Shown here: positions 10,130 to 18,769 of the stretch, piece by piece
Numbering within the stretch: position 1 is the first letter of the stretch
Layout: the number at the start of each line of letters is the position of its first letter
Assembly: GCA_012839705.1 (NCBI GenBank)
Contig: DUMT01000056.1
Span: 1-52,095 of the forward strand
Source: Clostridiales bacterium
Lineage (GTDB): Bacteria > Bacillota > Clostridia > Oscillospirales > Acutalibacteraceae
DNA length: 52,095 bases
Direction of reading: 5' to 3'
Program-made: the position numbers and the translations under genes
Notes under the pieces: generated by a model
What the model saw: only the letters and a program-made list of their open reading frames with translations
What the model was told of the DNA's origin: nothing
The model's database searches: none

Positions 10130-10338
10130 TAGTTTTGATTATCCTCGCATTTATCATTATGCTGGCAATCAACCTTCCATCACTGATAAAGTCCCGGGAT
10201 TACAAACTGATAATCATATATGGGTGTTTTTATACGGCTTCATTTGCCTTAAGCCTGCTGCTTGCAATGAATGTCAAGTTGCCAAGCATTCTCGAAATGG
10301 CCGACAGCTTATTCAAAACATTAAAACTCAGCTACTAA
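10126..10338 (+). CDS. Small two-TM membrane protein translationally coupled to the receptor B subunit (possible D-type accessory subunit)
   Basis: 70 aa with two hydrophobic helices. The GTG start overlaps the B-subunit stop (GTGA). The operon terminator lies immediately downstream. Confidence 0.55.
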   Translation: MIVLIILAFIIMLAINLPSLIKSRDYKLIIIYGCFYTASFALSLLLAMNVKLPSILEMADSLFKTLKLSY

Positions 10339-10340
10339 AA

Positions 10341-10378
10341 AATGTACTATCTTTGCATAAGGGCAAAGATAGTACATT
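10341..10378. terminator. Bidirectional hairpin terminator between the ger operon and a convergent small gene
   Basis: Perfect 16-bp stem AATGTACTATCTTTGC (10341-10356) / GCAAAGATAGTACATT (10363-10378) with a 6-nt loop. A-run upstream and T-run downstream. Confidence 0.75.
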
Positions 10379-10381
10379 TTC

Positions 10382-10678
10382 TCAATTTATGCAGTCCAAA
10401 CTGCGGTCTGTTTCTCCGTCCTTCTGGTCCGCCGTCTTTATATCCCTGATTTCCAGCTGACAAAGCCTGTTGGTGACATCGCAAATCTCGCTGATGTAAT
10501 CAATGGCAATTGATAAAAAAGTCTGTGCCTTTTCATAGGTCAAATCTGCGCTAATGGCTATGCCTTCATGGATATTTCTACTGCTGTATTGGTTGAACAA
10601 ATACTCAATGACCGCTTTTACTTTTTCAGCAGTAGAATTTATACTGCAGATATTGTCCAATATCTCATGCGTAGTCAT
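10382..10678 (-). CDS. Hypothetical small acidic, predicted-helical protein
   Basis: 98-aa ORF with an ATG start that ends at the bidirectional terminator. I recognise no family. The RBS is weak (AAGGG only 2 nt from the ATG). Confidence 0.45.
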   Translation of the reverse strand: MTTHEILDNICSINSTAEKVKAVIEYLFNQYSSRNIHEGIAISADLTYEKAQTFLSIAIDYISEICDVTNRLCQLEIRDIKTADQKDGETDRSLDCIN

Positions 10679-10938
10679 AGCCCTTTGTTCACACCTTTCC
10701 TTCTGGCAAAATTTTGAGATTCAAAATTTGAACAATATGCCAAATTTTACAGTTAATTCCTTGTATTCTATTGATAAATTTAACTTGAATGTTTATTGCA
10801 GATTTGCTAATATAATGTAAAATTACTTAATATTAATAGGTATAGTATATTGTACCCTATATATCCATCGGCAAAACAATAAATAATTTTAACATATACT
10901 GTTATTTTATGTCGATTTTGAACCAAGGAAGTGAGCGC

Positions 10939-11154
10939 ATGGGGCCGGTTAGTGACGCACAGAAAAGGGCAACTGCCAAATATATAAGAACAAAGCTGGA
11001 TGAAATAAAAATCCGGGTAAGCAAGGGGCAAAAGAACCTGATTAAAGAACACGCCAATAAGCAGGGAGAGAGCTTAAACAAATTCATAATAAGGGCAATT
11101 TACGAAACAATGGAGAGAGACAACCTGAAAACGCAAAAAAAGCGGGAGGGTTGA
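10939..11154 (+). CDS. Ribbon-helix-helix (Arc/CopG/antitoxin-like) DNA-binding protein
   Basis: MGPVSDAQKRATAKYIRTKLDEIKIRVSKGQKNLIKEHANKQGESLNKFIIRAIYETMERD matches the RHH pattern (basic beta-strand, two helices). The ATG at 10939 follows AAGGAAGTGAG. The track start at 10909 was rejected. Confidence 0.6.
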   Translation: MGPVSDAQKRATAKYIRTKLDEIKIRVSKGQKNLIKEHANKQGESLNKFIIRAIYETMERDNLKTQKKREG

Positions 11155-11164
11155 CCCCCCGGCT

Positions 11165-11842
11165 CTACTTAAACAGTTTTCTGAAGAAATTGGCTATTTC
11201 TTCGAAAATTTCAACCACTTTTAGCCTGAATTCGTATTTCTGAGGTTTGGTAACGATCTTTTCCTGTCCCGGCTCAAGGACATCCGAAAGTTCAGAAGCA
11301 TCTGTTGCAGCGGACACACACATGGGAGGGAATACAACACACCACCAGTTCTGGCCCTTGCCCTCGCCTATAGTTACCCTCAGGGCGTCATATACACCGG
11401 CGGGCAGGGTTACGGTATCATAGCGGCGGGTTGTAAAATACATATCCACCAGTTCTGCTTTCACCCTGTATGTGTATCCCTCGTCATAAACACACTGCTG
11501 CGCCGCTGCCTCAATACTGTCAAGGCTCTCTTCGGCAAGTTTCAGCGCCTCGCTTTCATTTCTGGCTGTATCAAACAACCCGGCGGCAACCTCTACCACC
11601 CTGTCCCTGACTTTCAGCTTTAGTTCCTGATCCTCTTTTGAATCAGAATTAGCCAGGACATGGAGCCTAAGTACCCGCTGGCGTATTTCATTGCACTCTC
11701 CCGAAAACCCGCAAATTGATACCATCAGGGAAAGTATCAGCGCCGCGGCAATCGAGCGGATAAGTTTGTCCGCAACCGATCTGGTTTTATAATTCGTTTT
11801 ATTGCCTGTATAATTTACAAAATCAAAATTCAAACCATCCAA
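11165..11842 (-). CDS. spoIIR: Stage II sporulation protein R
   Basis: Hallmark LRLHVLANSDSKEDQELKLKVRD after an N-terminal TM/signal anchor. The start is TTG at 11842 with GGAAAGGGCGG upstream (start uncertain). Confidence 0.85.
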   Translation of the reverse strand: MDGLNFDFVNYTGNKTNYKTRSVADKLIRSIAAALILSLMVSICGFSGECNEIRQRVLRLHVLANSDSKEDQELKLKVRDRVVEVAAGLFDTARNESEALKLAEESLDSIEAAAQQCVYDEGYTYRVKAELVDMYFTTRRYDTVTLPAGVYDALRVTIGEGKGQNWWCVVFPPMCVSAATDASELSDVLEPGQEKIVTKPQKYEFRLKVVEIFEEIANFFRKLFK

Positions 11843-11924
11843 AGTTATTCCGCCCTTTCCGTTATCTGCTAATAGGAGTTTGGGCAGAACTTTTTAGTTT
11901 ATTCAAAATAATAAAAATTATACA

Positions 11925-11968
11925 TAAAAAACTTCAAGGCATGTAAAATTAACGCATGCCTTGAAGTT
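11925..11968 (-). terminator. Rho-independent terminator of ispE; the stem overlaps the ispE stop codon
   Basis: 14-bp perfect stem (11930-11943 / 11955-11968). The loop contains the TAA stop, and a T-run follows on the minus strand (A-run 11925-11929 on plus). Confidence 0.7.
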
Positions 11969-12827
11969 TTTCTATCCTCGCCCCTTCAGGATCCGGGCGG
12001 CAAATGAAAACATCAGAGTATAATCCATCAAGCTCCGCTGCACAGCTTTGGGCAACCTTTTCAGAATCAAAAATTCCGAACACTGCAGAGCCGCTGCCGG
12101 TCATCTGGCAACCAAGGCAACGGTACTTATTCATTATGCCTTTAATCCTGTCGACTTCTGGAATCCCTAAAACATCTTCAAACTGATTAAACATCCCACG
12201 GGCTATGGAGTGCAAATCCCCGGTTCGCATCGCATCCTCAATACTGCGGCTGTAAACAGCAGCGACTGCGCCGTCAATCAGCCTGTATGCCTCGGCGGTG
12301 GAAACGCTGATTTCCGGTTTGGCAATAACTATAAAACAATCCGGCATTGAAGGAAGCATCTCAAGCTCGGTGCCGGTGCCGGTACCGAGGGCGGCGCCCC
12401 CGGTTATGCAAAAGGGCACATCAGCCCCAACCTTTCCGCCTATTTTGGATAATCCGCCGGTGTCAAGGCCGGTGCCAAACAGCACGTTCAAGCCCACCAA
12501 CACCGCCGCGGCGTCAGCGCTTCCCCCGGCAAGCCCCGCTCCAACAGGGATGTTTTTTGTAATCTCAATATCAATCCCCGGCATTTTCAACCCGGTATAT
12601 TCAAAAAAGGCAAGAGCCGCCTTATAGGCGGTGTTATTTTTATCCAAAGGGATTCCAGGGCGGGAAACCACAAGGTTTATGCCGTGGTTGCGGCTTTTTT
12701 TAAGCCTTACAACCTCCCTGATGCTTACCGCCTGCATTACAGTACGCACCAGGTGGTACGCGCTGTCTCTCCGCCCTGTGACCTCGAAAGACAGGTTTAT
12801 CTTGGCAGGAGCGCTGGAAACGACCAT
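11949..12827 (-). CDS. ispE: 4-(cytidine 5'-diphospho)-2-C-methyl-D-erythritol kinase
   Basis: APAKINLSF N-terminus and the GHMP kinase motif KNIPVGAGLAGGSADAAA. The ATG at 12827 is preceded by GGGGGAAAAA. Confidence 0.9.
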   Translation of the reverse strand: MVVSSAPAKINLSFEVTGRRDSAYHLVRTVMQAVSIREVVRLKKSRNHGINLVVSRPGIPLDKNNTAYKAALAFFEYTGLKMPGIDIEITKNIPVGAGLAGGSADAAAVLVGLNVLFGTGLDTGGLSKIGGKVGADVPFCITGGAALGTGTGTELEMLPSMPDCFIVIAKPEISVSTAEAYRLIDGAVAAVYSRSIEDAMRTGDLHSIARGMFNQFEDVLGIPEVDRIKGIMNKYRCLGCQMTGSGSAVFGIFDSEKVAQSCAAELDGLYSDVFICRPDPEGARIEKLQGMR

Positions 12828-12862
12828 TTTTTCCCCCACTTCAATCAATTTTTTTCCAGTAA

Positions 12863-14059
12863 CTATTCCTGCTTTGCCGCACAGGCGCCTTTCCGGAAGT
12901 TATTTACAAAATCCTCAATGCGGTCCATAGCTTCGGTAATATGTTTCAGCGAATAGCAATAGGATATGCGCACAAACCCTTCCCCGCTGTCCCCAAAGGC
13001 GGTTCCGGGAACCACCGCAACGGATTTTTCCCTAAGCAGCCTGTGGCAGAAATCCTCAGAGGACAGGCCGGTAATTTCGATAGAAGGGAAAACATAAAAA
13101 GCCCCTTCCGGCTCAAAGCACTTAAGCCCCATTTTGCACAGCCTGTCGACGATATACCGGCGCCGGATATCGTATTCCGCCCGCATGTATTCAACATCCC
13201 CATCCCCGTTTTCCATGGCTTCTATAGCAGCGTACTGGGCGGTGGTTGGGGCGCACATCAGGGCATATTGATGGAGTTTTACCACCTGTTTCATAAGCTC
13301 CTTAGGCCCGCAGGCATATCCAAGCCTCCAGCCCGTCATGGCAAAGGCCTTGGAAAAACCGCTTATCAGCATTGTCCTCTCCTGCATGCCGTCAATGGAG
13401 GCAATGCTCACATGGGGCTGCCCGCCATAAGTCAGCTCGCCATATATTTCATCAGATATGACAAATATATCTGTTTCCCTCAGCACCTCGGCGATTCTCA
13501 CAAGGTGTTCCCTCCTCATCACCCCGCCGGTGGGGTTGTTGGGATAGGGGAGAATCAGCACCTTTGTTTTTGGAGTGATTGCGTTTTTCAGCGCTTCTGG
13601 GGTCAGCCTGAAGGAATCCTCCGCCTTTGTTACAATCGGGACCGGGATTCCGCCAGCCATCAGGGTAAGGGGGCTGTAACATACAAAGCTCGGTTCGGGA
13701 ATCAAAACCTCGTCGCCGGGCTCCACAAGGGTACGCAGCCCCAAATCAATGGCTTCGCTGCCACCGACGGTTACAAGTATTTCGGTTTTTGGGTCGTAAC
13801 TTAGCCCCTTGTGCCTTTCGGTGTATTTCGCTATGCTTTCCCGCAGCCTTATCAGCCCGGAATTGGGCGTATACCATGTTTTGCCCTTTTGAAGGGACTT
13901 GATACCCTCTTCCCTGATATGCCACGGAGTTGAAAAATCAGGCTCGCCTATGGAAAGCGAAATTACATCATCCATTTCAGCGGCAATATCAAAAAAACGG
14001 CGGATACCCGAGGGTTTAAGGTTTTCCAGCGTCTTATTAATCCGGATTTGGTAGCTCAT
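12863..14059 (-). CDS. Pyridoxal-phosphate-dependent aminotransferase, class I/II (aspartate/aromatic type)
   Basis: Has PNNPTG and the PLP-lysine region SGFSKAFAMTGWRLGY; 398 aa. Confidence 0.9.
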   Translation of the reverse strand: MSYQIRINKTLENLKPSGIRRFFDIAAEMDDVISLSIGEPDFSTPWHIREEGIKSLQKGKTWYTPNSGLIRLRESIAKYTERHKGLSYDPKTEILVTVGGSEAIDLGLRTLVEPGDEVLIPEPSFVCYSPLTLMAGGIPVPIVTKAEDSFRLTPEALKNAITPKTKVLILPYPNNPTGGVMRREHLVRIAEVLRETDIFVISDEIYGELTYGGQPHVSIASIDGMQERTMLISGFSKAFAMTGWRLGYACGPKELMKQVVKLHQYALMCAPTTAQYAAIEAMENGDGDVEYMRAEYDIRRRYIVDRLCKMGLKCFEPEGAFYVFPSIEITGLSSEDFCHRLLREKSVAVVPGTAFGDSGEGFVRISYCYSLKHITEAMDRIEDFVNNFRKGACAAKQE

Positions 14060-14063
14060 TTAA

Positions 14064-14537
14064 TTACAGTACCCCTCTTTCATCCTTTTCCTCACCCCTG
14101 AGAATAATACCGCTTTCCTTATAGCGCTGCAAAACAAAATGGGTGGCGGTAGAAATCACCGAATCAAGAGTGGATAAACGCTTGGCTACAAACATGGCGA
14201 TATCCTTGAAGGTCCTGCCGCTGACAATAACGGCAAGGTCATACCCCCCGGACATGAGATATACGCTTTCAACCTCGTTAAACCGCATGATGGTTTCGGC
14301 AATGCTGTCAAACCCGAAATCCCTTTTGGGAGTCACCCTCAGCTCAATAAGGGCAGTGACATAAGGGCGGTCGGTTTTTTCCCAGTCAACAACTGCTTTA
14401 TACCCGCGGATAACGCCCTCCCGCTCCCATTTGGCAATCTGGTCGGCAACATCTTTTTCTGAGCGCCCCAGCATAACGCCAAGCTGCTGATTTGTAAGCC
14501 TTGGATTGCTGTCCAATAACTCAAGCAGTTTATCCAT
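14064..14537 (-). CDS. Lrp/AsnC family transcriptional regulator
   Basis: N-terminal wHTH (LLELLDSNPRLTNQQLGVMLGRSEKDVADQIAKWEREGVIRGY) plus a C-terminal RAM/AsnC_trans_reg domain. It is coupled to the downstream aminotransferase (4-nt gap). Confidence 0.85.
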   Translation of the reverse strand: MDKLLELLDSNPRLTNQQLGVMLGRSEKDVADQIAKWEREGVIRGYKAVVDWEKTDRPYVTALIELRVTPKRDFGFDSIAETIMRFNEVESVYLMSGGYDLAVIVSGRTFKDIAMFVAKRLSTLDSVISTATHFVLQRYKESGIILRGEEKDERGVL

Positions 14538-14620
14538 CCTTAAATCACCTTTCTAAAACTGTTTTTAAAATTATACACGACTTAACCGCCTATTACAATC
14601 AGAATAATAAATAATATAAA

Positions 14621-15430
14621 TTATAATATGGGAACCATTTTGGGATGCCCGTTTTTGAATGTGGCGATATACCTGAAGCCTGCGCTGTAAGCGATATTGA
14701 TGCCGTCCCGGATATTCTTCCCCACATCGCAAGGTTTATGGGCGTCGGAGCCCACAGTTACCATTTCGCCCCCAAGCTCCCTGAAACGCCTGATTAAAAA
14801 TTCATCCGGCATTGTTTTGCCTAATGCCTGCCGAAGCCCCGAGGTGTTGATTTCAAGGGCTATGCCCTTTACCGCCAACAGCCTCAGTATTTCGTCAATC
14901 ACATCCCGCCAGTATCCGTAATCTTCAGGGTACCTGCCCTTTGGTATATACCTGAAGGGATATGTCAGGTGGGCAAGGGAATTGAATTTGCCCCATTTGA
15001 CCATCTCCAGCTGTTCGGCAAAATATCTGTCCATCAGGCTTCGGATATCCACGCTGGTAAAATCGTAATGGTAAAAGTCCCTGTCATCTTTTAAATTGTG
15101 CAGGGAGCCCAGCACAAAATCAAAATCGTAATTTTTCAAAAGCTGCTCGGCGGTATTAAGGTCATGTATAGGCTCACCAAGTTCAATGCCTTTGAGCACC
15201 TCTATCCTTCCCCTGAAAGCCGCCTGCATTTCCCCTGCCTGTTTATAAGATTCGTCGATGGTTTTATCATACCCGTCCTGAATAAAAGCCGGGATTTCCA
15301 CATGGTCGGTAATTGCAAGCTGCAAAATCCCCGCTTTTTCCGCCGCATTGCAGATTTCCAGCATATCAGCATCAGAATCGGGGGAAAATCCGGTATGGGT
15401 GTGGTAATCCACCAGTAATTTAAACTCCAT
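14621..15430 (-). CDS. PHP-family histidinol-phosphatase-like phosphoesterase
   Basis: DYHTHTGFSPDS N-terminal metal motif, with later ...SLH... and GSDAH motifs; 269 aa. Confidence 0.8.
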   Translation of the reverse strand: MEFKLLVDYHTHTGFSPDSDADMLEICNAAEKAGILQLAITDHVEIPAFIQDGYDKTIDESYKQAGEMQAAFRGRIEVLKGIELGEPIHDLNTAEQLLKNYDFDFVLGSLHNLKDDRDFYHYDFTSVDIRSLMDRYFAEQLEMVKWGKFNSLAHLTYPFRYIPKGRYPEDYGYWRDVIDEILRLLAVKGIALEINTSGLRQALGKTMPDEFLIRRFRELGGEMVTVGSDAHKPCDVGKNIRDGINIAYSAGFRYIATFKNGHPKMVPIL

Positions 15431-15559
15431 TTACGCCAACCTTCCAGCTCGCTAGAATTAATTAAGCCATATTATATCACAATCATCGCCGCTTGGCTAT
15501 TATTACAAAAATATTTTGATAAAGATATTGAAACTGCCGGGGGAACCTTTGAATTTCCG

Positions 15560-15587
15560 TTGCATTTCTCAGGATTTGTGTTAGAAT
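15560..15587 (+). promoter_or_regulatory. Sigma-A type promoter for the ACT/UPF0210 pair
   Basis: TTGCAT (15560-15565), 16-nt spacer, TGtTAGAAT with -10 at 15582-15587 (extended -10). Confidence 0.5.
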
Positions 15588-15663
15588 ATAATTTATGTTA
15601 AAATGTAAGCTTAGATAACAAGCAAGTTTATACTGTCTGTATTTTTTTAGGAGGATTTACGGT

Positions 15664-15933
15664 ATGCGAGCAGTGGTAACAGTAATCGGCAAGGACACGG
15701 TGGGGATTCTGGCAAAGGTATCCGCCGCCTGTGCTAAATATAACAACAATATTCTTGAAGTGACCCAGTCAATTCTGCAGGATTTGTTTGTTATGATAAT
15801 GATGATAGATATATCAAACTGCACCATCCCCTTCACCGAATTTGCGGACGAAATGGCAGCCCTCGGCGAAGAAATGGGTTTGCAGGTCCGGGCAATGCAT
15901 GAGGACATATTCAACTCAATGCACAGGATTTAG
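15664..15933 (+). CDS. ACT domain-containing protein (UPF0237 family)
   Basis: 89 aa. [20 protein letters not shown]... is typical of stand-alone ACT proteins. AGGAGG lies 9 nt upstream of the ATG. Confidence 0.85.
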   Translation: MRAVVTVIGKDTVGILAKVSAACAKYNNNILEVTQSILQDLFVMIMMIDISNCTIPFTEFADEMAALGEEMGLQVRAMHEDIFNSMHRI

Positions 15934-15973
15934 CCTTTTAAATTTCACTTTCAGGCTCGAAAGGAATGGAACT

Positions 15974-17332
15974 GTGATTAACACCAAAGATATACTCGAA
16001 ACCATACGGATGATACAGGATGAAAACCTGGACATACGCACCATAACAATGGGAATCTCGCTGCTGGACTGCTGCGACAGCGACATTGGCCGCGCCTGCA
16101 ATAAGATTTACGACAAAATCACGGCATATGCCAAAAACCTGGTCAAAACAGGCGAGGATATAGAGAAGGAATACGGCATCCCAATCATAAACAAGAGGAT
16201 TGCGGTAACCCCGATAGCCATGGTCCTTGCTGCCTGCGAGAAAAAGGACCCGGTGCGTTTTGCCATAACCCTTGAAAAGGCTGCACAGGCCTGCGGCGTA
16301 AACTTTGTAGGGGGATATTCGGCGCTGGTTCACAAGGGTTTTTCCCCAGGGGACAGGGAACTTATTGAGAGCATACCCGAAGCCCTCTCCGTTACCGACC
16401 ATGTTTGTTCCTCAGTCAATGTGGGTTCCACCAAATCAGGGATTAACATGGACGCCGTTGCCCTTATGGGGCAGATAATCCGCAAAACGGCAGAGCTTAC
16501 CGCCGACAGGGACTGCATAGGCTGCGCGAAACTGGTGGTATTATGCAACGCACCTGAGGATAACCCCTTTATGGCAGGTGCATTCCACGGTGCCGGCGAA
16601 CCGGATTGCGTAATCAATGTGGGTGTCTCCGGCCCCGGAGTTGTACGCGCCGCCCTTGCCAAAGCCGGGGATTGCGATTTGACCCAGGTTGCGGATATTA
16701 TCAAGAAAACCGCATTTAAAATAACCCGCATGGGCCAGCTGGTTGCCAGGGAAGCCTCCAGGCGCTTGGGAGTGCCCTTTGGAATAGTAGATTTGTCCCT
16801 AGCCCCCACTCCGGCAGTTGGGGATTCGGTTGCCCATATCCTTGAGGAAATGGGCCTTGAATGCTGCGGCGCCCACGGCACCACAGCTGCCCTCGCACTT
16901 CTCAACGATGCAGTTAAAAAAGGCGGGGTTATGGCATCCTCCCATGTAGGCGGATTATCCGGAGCTTTCATCCCGGTAACCGAGGACGCAGGCATGATAG
17001 AGGCCGCCCGCAAAGGCTGCCTGAGGATAGAAAAGCTGGAAGCCATGACAGCAGTATGTTCTGTTGGGCTTGACATGATTAACATCCCGGGCGACACCCC
17101 CGCCGAGGTTATCGCCGCCATAATTGCGGACGAAGCCGCCATCGGCATGGTCAACTCCAAAACCACGGCAGTGCGCCTGATTCCCGCCATTGGGAAAAAG
17201 GTCGGGGAAGAACTGTCCTTCGGTGGCCTTCTCGGAGGCGGCCCGGTAATGCCCCTTAACACATGGTCACCTGCCCGGTTTATAGCCCGGGGAGGCAGGA
17301 TTCCCGCCCCGATGCAGAGCCTCAAAAACTAA
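15974..17332 (+). CDS. UPF0210 family protein (DUF711, PFL-like fold)
   Basis: [32 protein letters not shown] is the canonical UPF0210 N-terminus. The GTG at 15974 follows AAGGAA. The track start at 15842 overlaps the ACT gene and was rejected. Confidence 0.85.
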   Translation: MINTKDILETIRMIQDENLDIRTITMGISLLDCCDSDIGRACNKIYDKITAYAKNLVKTGEDIEKEYGIPIINKRIAVTPIAMVLAACEKKDPVRFAITLEKAAQACGVNFVGGYSALVHKGFSPGDRELIESIPEALSVTDHVCSSVNVGSTKSGINMDAVALMGQIIRKTAELTADRDCIGCAKLVVLCNAPEDNPFMAGAFHGAGEPDCVINVGVSGPGVVRAALAKAGDCDLTQVADIIKKTAFKITRMGQLVAREASRRLGVPFGIVDLSLAPTPAVGDSVAHILEEMGLECCGAHGTTAALALLNDAVKKGGVMASSHVGGLSGAFIPVTEDAGMIEAARKGCLRIEKLEAMTAVCSVGLDMINIPGDTPAEVIAAIIADEAAIGMVNSKTTAVRLIPAIGKKVGEELSFGGLLGGGPVMPLNTWSPARFIARGGRIPAPMQSLKN

Positions 17333-17348
17333 TAAGGGTTTTAATTAT

Positions 17349-17392
17349 GGATATAGATTAGACGGTTATCCGCCTATCTATATCCTTTTTTT
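17349..17392 (+). terminator. Rho-independent terminator after the UPF0210 gene
   Basis: 10-bp stem GGATATAGAT (17349-17358) / ATCTATATCC (17376-17385) followed by T7. Confidence 0.7.
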
Positions 17393-17559
17393 GTTTTGAT
17401 TTCGGGGGTTATTATGGATGGCAGATAATTTATTAAAAGAGTATAAAAAAAAAATTAATATTTAGTTAATATTCTATTGCGTTTATTTACAAAGTTTGGT
17501 ACTATTTAGTAAAAACACCCCATATATATTGTAGTACTGGATGCGAGGAAGGATAATTG

Positions 17560-17943
17560 ATGGAGAATTGCAGCCCCAAAATACCGGTTGAGGCTAAGTT
17601 CAACCAAACGCCATTCAATATACAGGGTACATATACTCAAGACAAGCCTTCAAACAGCTCAACCAGTTTTCTTTCTTTCCCAAGCATTAACCCTCTAAAA
17701 CCATACAAACACCCTCAACACCCCAGCATAGTTTCAGCAAGCAATCCCGAGCCGAGAATTTCATCAGCGGCTTTTGCCATTTCAATAATTGCCCTTGTTC
17801 TTTACTGGAATCCGGTTATAAGCATTATACTTGCAATAGTATCAATCATATTAGGCATCATAGGAAAAGCAAAAGGCAGCTCAGTTGCGTTGGCTACGAT
17901 TATGATTGGCACTGCTGCCTTCCTGATTCGTTTTATTACCTGA
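17560..17943 (+). CDS. Membrane protein with a disordered N-terminus and a C-terminal two-helix DUF4190-like domain
   Basis: The C-terminus AAFAISIIALVLYWNPVISIILAIVSIILGIIGKAKGS...IMIGTAAF matches the DUF4190 pattern. The ATG at 17560 follows GAGGAAGGA. Confidence 0.6.
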   Translation: MENCSPKIPVEAKFNQTPFNIQGTYTQDKPSNSSTSFLSFPSINPLKPYKHPQHPSIVSASNPEPRISSAAFAISIIALVLYWNPVISIILAIVSIILGIIGKAKGSSVALATIMIGTAAFLIRFIT

Positions 17944-18025
17944 TCTGCCAAGTGTAAACTCTGCTAATTGCCGGGTTTCGCCACACAATATTACCTGCTT
18001 AATACTGGCTTTTAGGAGGATATTT

Positions 18026-18685
18026 ATGAATAATTTTGGCGACATCAATTTTAATTCCGAAAACACCGGCCGGAATACTCAAAACCCGGAACCTGATAGC
18101 CCGGCTGACAATAAAAAAGGCTGGTTTGGCGAAACTCCGGAAGTAAATACAGCGGAAAATATAAGCCCGCCACCACCCCCTCCATACCAGCAGCATAATC
18201 AGAATTTCAATCAGCCTTATTGGAATCGATTCGCTGCGCAAAACGGGTTTAACAACCCCGGAGGGCAACAGTTTGGCGGTTATCCGGGCGGTGCTTACCA
18301 GCCCGGGCCTTACCCAAACGGCGTATATAACCAGGGGGCTTTCAATCATCCTGCCCCACCGCCAGTTGCCAAACCGAAGCGTGACACAGGCTTATCCTAT
18401 GCTTCCTTTGGCATTTCGATTGCCTCGATTGTTTTAATCTGGGTTCCTGCCCTAAACCTGATTCTTGCCTTAACAGCTTTAATCCTGGGTATTGTGTCAC
18501 TTGTCAAGGGATGCGGAGGTTTCGGTATTGCAGGCGTGGTTATAAGCTCGGTGGCTCTTTTTGCCTCGATAATATATTCATTATTATTCTTGTCCCTTTG
18601 GTCTCTTCGCATTTCTAAACCCAGCTTAGAATACGACTTTGATATTGGATGGATGATGGCCCTTTTGCCTTCAATCTTTAAATAA
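18026..18685 (+). CDS. Pro/Gln/Asn/Gly-rich membrane protein with a C-terminal DUF4190-like domain (paralogous architecture to the upstream gene)
   Basis: About 125 aa of low-complexity N-terminus (PPPPPPYQQHNQNFNQPYWN...GGQQFGGYPGGAYQPGPYPNG), then SFGISIASIVLIWVPALNLILALTALILGIVSLVKG. AGGAGG lies upstream of the ATG. Confidence 0.65.
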   Translation: MNNFGDINFNSENTGRNTQNPEPDSPADNKKGWFGETPEVNTAENISPPPPPPYQQHNQNFNQPYWNRFAAQNGFNNPGGQQFGGYPGGAYQPGPYPNGVYNQGAFNHPAPPPVAKPKRDTGLSYASFGISIASIVLIWVPALNLILALTALILGIVSLVKGCGGFGIAGVVISSVALFASIIYSLLFLSLWSLRISKPSLEYDFDIGWMMALLPSIFK

Positions 18686-18709
18686 CCCTTTTGTTTGTTA
18701 ATAATGCTA

Positions 18710-18746
18710 AAAAACGGGACTTCCTTTTGGGTTGTCCCGTTTTTTG
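18710..18746 (+). terminator. Rho-independent terminator
   Basis: AAAAACGGGAC (18710-18720) / GTCCCGTTTTT (18734-18744); a GC-rich stem plus a T-run. Confidence 0.75.
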
Positions 18747-18769
18747 TATTTTTGTGCTTTAACCTCTTT

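Noticed and set aside
10068-10460. 130-aa ORF spanning the end of the ger operon and the bidirectional terminator
   Set aside because: It is out of frame with the coupled B subunit and small membrane ORFs and reads straight through a 16-bp hairpin terminator.
12941-13804. 287-aa ORF antisense to the aminotransferase gene
   Set aside because: It is a shadow ORF opposite a strong family match, with a Gly/Pro/His-rich nonsense-like translation and no RBS or promoter.
16330-17325. 331-aa ORF antisense to the UPF0210 gene
   Set aside because: It is entirely embedded opposite a confidently identified gene. The translation is Pro/Ala/Ser/Arg-rich low-complexity sequence typical of shadow frames in GC-rich codon-biased DNA, and it has no RBS.
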